From the NCBI GenBank assembly GCA_043803685.1, contig JAZDJU010000001.1, forward strand, positions 1-35,780: 35,780 nt of DNA. The letters are read 5' to 3'. The translations under genes were made by a program, and so were the position numbers. Below are positions 30,045 to 35,780 of this stretch, piece after piece; position 1 is the stretch's first letter, and every line of letters starts with the position of its first letter. Under the pieces are notes generated by a model. It was not told the origin of the DNA and did not search any database. It worked only from the letters and a program-made list of their open reading frames with translations. The DNA comes from Candidatus Omnitrophota bacterium (GTDB lineage Bacteria; Omnitrophota; Omnitrophia; Omnitrophales; Aquincolibacteriaceae).

Positions 30045-30122
30045 TGGTAGCGCTAACGGGATTTAAACCCGTGTTTCTGCCTTGAGAGGGCAGCGTCCTA
30101 GATCAGGCTAGACGATAGCGCC
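30045..30122 (-). tRNA. tRNA-Glu(CUC)
   Basis: GGCGCTA TC GTCT AGCCTGATCTA GGAC G CTGCC CT-CTC-AA GGCAG AAAC ACGGG TTTAAAT CCCGT TAGCGCT A CCA; all four stems pair. Confidence 0.95.
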
Positions 30123-30236
30123 CTGATATATGTCTTATATTCGATCGATCTTTAAGGCGCCTTAGAAAACACGTGCCCCGTGACAGATCAAAACTACGAT
30201 TGAAAAACAAATTGCGGGGGAAATAAAAACAAACGG

Positions 30237-30265
30237 AGTATATCTGTGCCCCTATGGAATGTCAA
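30237..30265 (-). promoter_or_regulatory. Sigma70-type promoter upstream of tRNA-Glu and the pur cluster
   Basis: TTGACA-17 bp-TATACT. Confidence 0.8.
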
Positions 30266-30330
30266 CGGACACAAGATATAGCCCTTCCGGAAAATCCAAC
30301 GACCGGGAAACCCGCCAAAAACCGCACTAT

Positions 30331-30609
30331 TTAAAAACGACGATCGACCTTGTCCTTCAGATCGTACACCGATTTCTCAAGCATTTTCACGCGTTCCGCC
30401 AGGAACCGGTTCGCCTGTTCCATGTCGGAAAGACGCCGGTCAAGCGTGTCCACGCGGTCCTGTTTGAGGGTTTTTTCCATATCGGAAAAATCCTGTTTGG
30501 TGCCGCTCATCCCCGTCTCTGTCGCCTCGTCGTCAATGGCCCACAAAAGCGGAAGCGCCATTGAAAAAAACAACATGCCCAATACTGCAATGGTTGCTAG
30601 CTTTTTCAT
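30331..30609 (-). CDS. Small exported coiled-coil hypothetical protein
   Basis: MKKLATIAVLGMLFFSMALPLLWA signal peptide, GAGGTG RBS, and an extended -10 TGaTATACT at 30629-30637. Confidence 0.75.
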   Translation of the reverse strand: MKKLATIAVLGMLFFSMALPLLWAIDDEATETGMSGTKQDFSDMEKTLKQDRVDTLDRRLSDMEQANRFLAERVKMLEKSVYDLKDKVDRRF

Positions 30610-30644
30610 AGGAGTCACCTCGGGCGGGAGTATATCACAATCCA

Positions 30645-30721
30645 GGGCCACGGGCCAAGAGCCAAGGGACACGAAAGAACGTGGTGCGTGGCACGTGGTT
30701 CGTGGTACGTGGTGCGTGGCC
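30645..30721. repeat. Heptamer arrays (GGGCCAC-type and inverted CGTGGTN-type)
   Basis: gggccac gggccaa gagccaa gggacac, then cgtggtg cgtggca cgtggtt cgtggta cgtggtg cgtggcc. Confidence 0.75.
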
Positions 30722-30730
30722 CGCTTTTCC

Positions 30731-31651
30731 TCAGCCTCGCGGATGGAATTTCGCGTGGACAGACTTGAGGCGGTTCCCGGAAACGTGGGTGTAGATCTGG
30801 GTCGTGGAAATGTCGGCGTGGCCGAGAAGCTCCTGGACGACGCGCGGGTCCGCGCCGCGCTCCAAGAGATGGGTTGCAAAAGAATGCCGGAAGGTGTGCG
30901 GCGTAATATCCTTGGTAATACCCGCCAGCCGCGCGTACTTTTTGATCATCTGCCACACAAATTGCCGCGAGAGCCCCTTCCCGCTCCTGCCCAGAAAGAA
31001 ATGCCCGGTCTTGGTCTTCAGCTTCGCGCGGACGCGAGTGAGATAAGTCTGACAAGCGGCGACCGCCACACTTCCAATAGGGACGAGCCGCTCCTTGCTC
31101 CCCTTGCCGCGGCACTTGATGAACTTGTTGTCGAGATACACATTTTCCGCCGTGAGCTCCGTGATCTCCGAGACCCGCATGCCGGTGGCGTAAAGACATT
31201 CGAGGAGCGCCCGGTCACGAATGCCTCCGGAAGTCTTAGCGTCCGGGATCTTGAGAAGGCCATCCATCTCTTGCGCGGTCAGAAAATGCGGCAATTTCTT
31301 CCAGAGCTTCGGCGACTCCAGAACACTTGTGACATCGTCAGTGACGTAGCGCTCCTTGGTAAGAAAACGGTGAAAGAGCTTTACCGAGACAAGCCCTCGG
31401 GCGATCGAGGAAGATTCGAGGCCGCGTTTGCTTTCCGCGTTCAGGAATTTCAGGATGTGTGTCCGCGTCACCTTGCTCCAGTCCGTGACGTTTTCTTTCT
31501 TGAGGAACGCGTCGTAATGCGAAAGGTCCTGACGGTAGGCGTCGAGCGTGTTCTGGGCCAGCCCCTTTTCTACGGAAAGGTAGTTCAGGAACTCTTCAAA
31601 GAGAATCTGGTTTCTGTCCTTGGGTTTTTCGGGAACGGTTGTGTTTTCCAT
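30731..31651 (-). CDS. xerD: Site-specific tyrosine recombinase XerD
   Basis: NTLDAYRQDL, RDRALLECLYATGMRVSE, GKGSKERLVP, HTFRHSFATHLL, LLGHADISTTQIYTHV, HPRG end. Start may be the TTG at 31669. Confidence 0.92.
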   Translation of the reverse strand: MENTTVPEKPKDRNQILFEEFLNYLSVEKGLAQNTLDAYRQDLSHYDAFLKKENVTDWSKVTRTHILKFLNAESKRGLESSSIARGLVSVKLFHRFLTKERYVTDDVTSVLESPKLWKKLPHFLTAQEMDGLLKIPDAKTSGGIRDRALLECLYATGMRVSEITELTAENVYLDNKFIKCRGKGSKERLVPIGSVAVAACQTYLTRVRAKLKTKTGHFFLGRSGKGLSRQFVWQMIKKYARLAGITKDITPHTFRHSFATHLLERGADPRVVQELLGHADISTTQIYTHVSGNRLKSVHAKFHPRG

Positions 31652-31701
31652 CGATTTGGGTATCGACAATTCACCTCCCGCACTGGAGGCTCCGGCACGA
31701 C

Positions 31702-33396
31702 TCAAAGATGAGACTCCGAGGGCAGTGCCTGGATAAGCTGTCTTACAAGATCACTTCGTTTGCTTTTCGGGTCCAACTCCACCAGCTTCGTCCACGCGCC
31801 GCGAGCCTCACCCCACCGTTCCGACTTCACGCCCATGACTCCAAGATTGTAGTAAAAATCGAGGCCTTTAGGATCGATTGTGATCGCTTTCTTGAAATAT
31901 TCGATCGCCTGAGCGTAGTAACCCTTCTTCCCGAAAATAAAACCCAGGCGACCGTAGATGTCAGCCCCCTGAGGATTCAAAGAGAGCGCTGTCTTGTACT
32001 CGCGAACCGCGGGACCGAACTGTCCCCTCAAGTCGAGCTCCTCCCCGAGGTTCGTGTGGGTCACGGGATAGTCAGGATAACTTTCCACGAATTCGCTCCA
32101 AAGCGAGACATTGTCCTTCCACGTCCCGTTCCGCAGGAACGTCAGCAACATAAAAAACACGATCATCATGATAAGAAAACCCTTGGCGCATCGTGTAAGC
32201 ACCCCACTCAAAGGAAGCCCGTGCTTCAGGTCCGCCAACCGGAGAAGCGCGCAAGGCAACGCGATCGCGAAACCGATCATGGGAATATACAGAAAGCGGC
32301 TCGCCATAATGCAAGAGAGAGGAATAATGTTCAGGACGGGAAGCAACGCGATAAAGAACCAGAAAATGGAAAACGATATTTCCTTCGCCTTTTTCCGGAG
32401 CGCCCAGGCGAGCGCCACGCAAAAGACCGGGACCGCGCATGAAACGATCGCCTCTGCGCTCAGGATCGTCATAACGGGAAGCACAGGTTCCAACCCGGCG
32501 AGCGCCACGTGAATTCCCACCGGCCAACAAAGCCACCCGAGGTAAATCGTGACGATCTTCGACATCGTGAGCCCATTCGTATAAAAACTTCCTCCCGGGA
32601 AAGGAACCGACGCCCCGAGTTTTTCGCCGCCATTCATCGTCATCCAAACCAGGAGATAAAAGAACAGGACCGCGAAGTAGGCTCCGTAGCGGGACACCGA
32701 CTGTTTGAGGAGCTCCCGTCCTTTAAAATTAAAAACAAAAAAATAGTCGCAAAGGATCAAAAGGAGCGGCAACGTCACCGCCATCTCCTTCGAAAAAAGC
32801 GCCAGGAAAAACAGCGCCAGGGAAACGAAATGGTCGCGCCTCTTTTGCGAGTCCGGAGCGCGGTCTTTCCGGATGAAAAATATCATGGAGGACAAACCGA
32901 AGAAAACAGCCAGCAACTCCTCCCGGAACGACACCACGCTAACGGCTTCGGAATTAATGGGATGAATGGCAAAGACGAGCGCCGCCAGGAACGCGAGCCG
33001 CTTGTCCGCGAGGAGAAGGCCCAGGAACACAAAGAGCAGACAGGCATTCGCCGTGTGGAGCAGAAGATTTGTAAGATGATACCCGAACGGGTTGAGCTTC
33101 CAGACGGCATAATCAAAAAAATACGTCAGGGTCACGAGCGGCCGGTAGGTCACTTCCCCGGAACCCGGGACCCCCGGCTGTCCGACCTGCGCGAGAGGCG
33201 TCAGGTAGGCCTTACTGAAAACCTCCGGAAGATTTTTCCAGGATTTAATAAAACCATTATCGACGATCACCGCGTAGTCGTCCCACACGAAACCATTCGC
33301 GAGTGAACCCGAATAGACAAAAGCAGTGATCAGAATCAGGAAGATCAGATAAGTTTTGGCCTTACACCGCCCAGGGAGGACTTCGCAGGTCGTCAT
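31702..33396 (-). CDS. TMTC-like GT-C glycosyltransferase with C-terminal TPR repeats
   Basis: FVWDD, YRPL, YHLTNLLLH, HPINSEAV, SKE, RFLYIP, W.DNVSLW; many TM segments, then TPRs. Confidence 0.85.
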   Translation of the reverse strand: MTTCEVLPGRCKAKTYLIFLILITAFVYSGSLANGFVWDDYAVIVDNGFIKSWKNLPEVFSKAYLTPLAQVGQPGVPGSGEVTYRPLVTLTYFFDYAVWKLNPFGYHLTNLLLHTANACLLFVFLGLLLADKRLAFLAALVFAIHPINSEAVSVVSFREELLAVFFGLSSMIFFIRKDRAPDSQKRRDHFVSLALFFLALFSKEMAVTLPLLLILCDYFFVFNFKGRELLKQSVSRYGAYFAVLFFYLLVWMTMNGGEKLGASVPFPGGSFYTNGLTMSKIVTIYLGWLCWPVGIHVALAGLEPVLPVMTILSAEAIVSCAVPVFCVALAWALRKKAKEISFSIFWFFIALLPVLNIIPLSCIMASRFLYIPMIGFAIALPCALLRLADLKHGLPLSGVLTRCAKGFLIMMIVFFMLLTFLRNGTWKDNVSLWSEFVESYPDYPVTHTNLGEELDLRGQFGPAVREYKTALSLNPQGADIYGRLGFIFGKKGYYAQAIEYFKKAITIDPKGLDFYYNLGVMGVKSERWGEARGAWTKLVELDPKSKRSDLVRQLIQALPSESHL

Positions 33397-33402
33397 CGAT
33401 TC

Positions 33403-34611
33403 TTAGGGGTTCGCGCAAACGACGCGAAACACATCTTCGACCTTGATCGCGTGAAGACAATGATTGAAGCGGCAGGCGGAATCGCGGTGGTTCAGGGCCG
33501 ACAGACATGGTGAACACGGCCAGTCGGCGTAGGCCACGCGCGCGCTCTCGGACAGGGATCCGAAGATCCTGGGACTCTCGGGGCCAAAGATCGTCACTGT
33601 CCGGACCGGCGTCAGCATCGCGAGGTGCGCGAGGCCGCAATCATTCGAGATCAGTCTGTGGGACATGGTGAATAACTCCAGCAATTCCTCGAGGGTCGTT
33701 TGTCCGATCAGGTTCACGCAACGCGGGTCCGCCACCGCGGAGGCCAGTTGTGTCGATTTTTTTTCGGCACTGCAGGTCCCCACGATCACAAGGGCATGTT
33801 CCTTATTCTCGAGAATGCGCTTGGCCAGCGCGACAAAGTTCTCGATCGGCCACTCCCGGAGTGGCAACATGCCTTCTCCAGCGTTCATGAGAAATATCTT
33901 TTTTTTCCCGGAGTCGATCCCGAACCCACGTAATTTTTCAAGAACCGACTGGCGCACCGTCTCCTGTGAGGCGTATTCAGGAAAAATGAGATCTTTAGGA
34001 TCGATCGTTTGCGACACTTGCGGCTCTTTTTTCTGAGGCGCCCCGACCTCGGACTCCATGGCCAAGTAGTTCTTGGTGATATGCGCGGTCGGGTTGTAGA
34101 GAACTTGATGGGTCAAAAGATCGCCGCGGTAAAGTCCCTCGAGCGTGTACCGGTGAAACCCGATCCTTTTCGGGGCGTGGACACAATATGAAAAGATCGC
34201 GGACACACGGGAAAAAAATTCCAGGTCAAAAATGACATCGATCCCCTGTCCACGGAGCCGGAAAATAGCGGCGAGGAAATCCCAGACAAACCCCAGAGGG
34301 TCTTCCCGCACAAGGAAAACGTTCTTTGCCGGAACAAGACCGTTCATGAGCTTCAGGAGTTCGCGGTTCCGCTCAAAGGTCACGAAATAAAGGTCGGCCC
34401 CGGGACACATGCGTTTGACGCGAGCCATTAAAGGATAGGCCAGCACAATAGCGCCAAGCTCGGAGAATTTGAGGAAGAGGATCTTCTTGGGCGCGAGAGA
34501 CTGCGCCAAAGGCGGACGAAACATCCTGAGGGCACGTTCCAGCAGACTCAACAAAAAACAGAGCGGGGTCCCCACCCCCTGGTCCACTTTCCGCACAAGA
34601 TCAATGTTCAT
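33403..34611 (-). CDS. Glycosyltransferase family 9 (heptosyltransferase-like)
   Basis: KILFLKFSELGAIV, REWP.ENF, ISNDCGLAHLA, TIFGP, CSPC...C...CL..I. Confidence 0.9.
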   Translation of the reverse strand: MNIDLVRKVDQGVGTPLCFLLSLLERALRMFRPPLAQSLAPKKILFLKFSELGAIVLAYPLMARVKRMCPGADLYFVTFERNRELLKLMNGLVPAKNVFLVREDPLGFVWDFLAAIFRLRGQGIDVIFDLEFFSRVSAIFSYCVHAPKRIGFHRYTLEGLYRGDLLTHQVLYNPTAHITKNYLAMESEVGAPQKKEPQVSQTIDPKDLIFPEYASQETVRQSVLEKLRGFGIDSGKKKIFLMNAGEGMLPLREWPIENFVALAKRILENKEHALVIVGTCSAEKKSTQLASAVADPRCVNLIGQTTLEELLELFTMSHRLISNDCGLAHLAMLTPVRTVTIFGPESPRIFGSLSESARVAYADWPCSPCLSALNHRDSACRFNHCLHAIKVEDVFRVVCANP

Positions 34612-34634
34612 AACACCCTGATTCCATTTTGTTC

Positions 34635-34673
34635 TGTCATTGCGAGGAGCGATTTTTGCGACGTGGCAATCTC
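34635..34673. repeat. REP-like element (GTCATTGCGAG...GGCAATCT family), copy 1
   Basis: tgtcattgcgaggagcgatttttgcgacgtggcaatctc; related copies at 35496 and 35641. Confidence 0.7.
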
Positions 34674-34758
34674 GCTCTTCAAACGACCGTGATCTTCGTT
34701 AAAACGAACCTCCCGCAGCCTGAACAGGGCCTTACGAAACAGCGGGAAGAGGCTCTGG

Positions 34759-35172
34759 CTACATCCCTTCGTTCGCAACAGTCGCGTCTTCATTCGAAGC
34801 GCTCGCCTCAGACGAAGCTTGAGCCGCCGAAGTCACGCCACCCACAACGGCACTCGCCGCACGGACCCCGTCCTGGGTTGCGGTCTGGGTTGAAGCCATC
34901 ACACCACCAACAATAGTGCCTGTTTCCCGAGCCACAGCCTGCGCTGAGGATTGCATCGCAGAAGTCACGTTCCCCGCGACAGCTTTTGCATCCGGGCCCG
35001 TAGCCGCGTCCAAAACCGCCGAAGCCGCAGAGTCCACTGCCGCGGCGACCTTGACCGGCGTTTCAACAACCGCCACGGATTCATTCTGCGCGGGCATTTC
35101 TTCTTTGGCGCAACCGGTCACGCCCATCGCCACAGATCCAAGGAACAAAGCCGTTAAAAGAATCTTCTTCAT
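34759..35172 (-). CDS. Ala/Val-rich predicted lipoprotein
   Basis: MKK, hydrophobic stretch, lipobox VTGC; GGAGG RBS; low-complexity body. Confidence 0.75.
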   Translation of the reverse strand: MKKILLTALFLGSVAMGVTGCAKEEMPAQNESVAVVETPVKVAAAVDSAASAVLDAATGPDAKAVAGNVTSAMQSSAQAVARETGTIVGGVMASTQTATQDGVRAASAVVGGVTSAAQASSEASASNEDATVANEGM

Positions 35173-35274
35173 GGAACACCCTCCCTTGTTTTTTAAGAAC
35201 TTTTTGTTTCCAAAACTCTCTGGAGTATGCCGAATTCCCAGGCAGCGAACAACTATGATCTTTATTTCATCTTC

Positions 35275-35475
35275 TCAGGATTTGCAGACCTTGCCCTTGC
35301 AAACGCAGCTACCGATAAGCTCTTTGACAATGATCATCGCTCCAAGAACCGTCAATGCGATTGGCGCCCAGGACACCTTCCACCAGGCCAAGACGATCAC
35401 AGCCACTCCCAGAACCGTCGAACAACAGCAACATTTCGATTTTTCTTCCTTCACCACTTCCTTGGATTCTTCCAT
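35275..35475 (-). CDS. Small two-TM Cys-rich membrane protein
   Basis: AAGGAGG RBS before the ATG at 35475; KCCCCS-TM-TM-SCVCKGKVC. Confidence 0.7.
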   Translation of the reverse strand: MEESKEVVKEEKSKCCCCSTVLGVAVIVLAWWKVSWAPIALTVLGAMIIVKELIGSCVCKGKVCKS

Positions 35476-35495
35476 GTCGCCTCCTTTTTTGCATC

Positions 35496-35533
35496 TGTCA
35501 TTGCGAGCCCCGTTTTGTGGGGCGCGGCAATCT
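35496..35533. repeat. REP-like element (GTCATTGCGAG...GGCAATCT family), copy 2
   Basis: tgtcattgcgagccccgttttgtggggcgcggcaatct. Confidence 0.7.
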
Positions 35534-35592
35534 TCCTTGTTCACTCAACGCCGTCAGTCTACAGAAGCTTTTCCATTTTATCCACCCCCCGA

Positions 35593-35626
35593 TTCCAAGA
35601 CCGGGTTCTAGAACCGGGTCTTGGAA
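35593..35626. repeat. Near-perfect 34-bp palindrome
   Basis: ttccaagaccgggttctagaaccgggtcttggaa. Confidence 0.7.
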
Positions 35627-35649
35627 GGGGTTCACTAATCTGTCATTGC

Positions 35650-35780
35650 GGGTGTAATAGTCAAAAAGTGTTGCTATTTTGGAAGTAACAATACCAATTA
35701 AGGTAGCTCAATCTGTGTTGTTTCGATAAGCCGCGATGCCTCTGGTAGTTGGATTTTAAGCGGGAATAAAAGCCTTCCAG
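35650..35780 (-). mobile_element. End of an IS256-like insertion sequence (extends beyond the window)
   Basis: Transposase-like C-terminus runs into the candidate terminal sequence GGGTGTAATAGTCAAAAAGTGTTG (plus strand). Confidence 0.6.
35661..35780 (-). CDS. Transposase C-terminal fragment (IS256/Mutator-like), 5' part outside the window
   Basis: Open frame LEGFYSRLKSNYQRHRGLSKQHRLSYLNWYCYFQNSNTF*, matching the catalytic-Glu region pattern E-G-x3-(R/Q)LK...HRGL. Absent from the ORF track because it is under 60 aa. Confidence 0.65.
   Translation of the reverse strand: MEGFYSRLKSNYQRHRGLSKQHRLSYLNWYCYFQNSNTF

Noticed and set aside
29969..30236. Purine or ZTP riboswitch, or PurR box, upstream of the pur cluster
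   Set aside because: No matching aptamer consensus or operator was seen; the space is occupied by tRNA-Glu and a heptamer array.
30645..30721. CRISPR array
   Set aside because: The units are 7-bp tandem repeats without unique spacers, and there are no cas genes in the window.
30731..31651. xerD as the integrase of an island at tRNA-Glu or tRNA-Pro
   Set aside because: It has housekeeping XerD signatures, is flanked by core genes, and no duplicated tRNA-Glu 3' end was seen.
30350..31711. 453-aa plus-strand ORF opposite xerD
   Set aside because: Antisense shadow of a well-conserved gene; no recognisable motifs or RBS.
18626..32268. HIP1-like GCGATCGC / GATC abundance
   Set aside because: Only a handful of octamer copies were seen, and GATC frequency can arise from ATC/GAT codon usage; a Markov-model test would be needed.

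Overview
Bacterial chromosomal window with essentially all genes on the minus strand. Gene content and repeat types suggest a PVC-superphylum organism, most likely Ca. Omnitrophota (inference). Reading in the direction of transcription (high to low coordinates): the 3' end of an IS256-like transposase; a small Cys-rich membrane protein; a lipoprotein; a GT9 glycosyltransferase; a TMTC-like GT-C/TPR protein; xerD; a small exported protein; tRNA-Glu(CUC); the purine cluster purB-C-S-Q-L-F-M-D-E; a tsaC/LMW-phosphatase fusion, rpiB, glyA, nrdR; a stand-alone SWIB protein; two hypothetical proteins; aroA; mreB-mreC-mreD-mrdA-rodA. Next comes a tRNA-Pro(UGG) gene broken off just after its anticodon loop, beside att-like motifs. 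The last block is MerR-like HTH, ExeA ATPase, GspC/PilP-like protein, secretin, coiled-coil TPR protein, sensor kinase and OmpR-family regulator. The most notable observations are (1) the split tRNA-Pro junction with a degenerate second copy about 830 bp away, (2) a tRNA-Glu with a compensatory A19-U56 elbow pair, (3) an IS end landing inside a REP-like element, (4) a 4x11-bp regulator box array, (5) an NrdR-like box at the tRNA/pur promoter, and (6) several inverted heptamer arrays. All calls were made by eye from motifs; no database searches were run.
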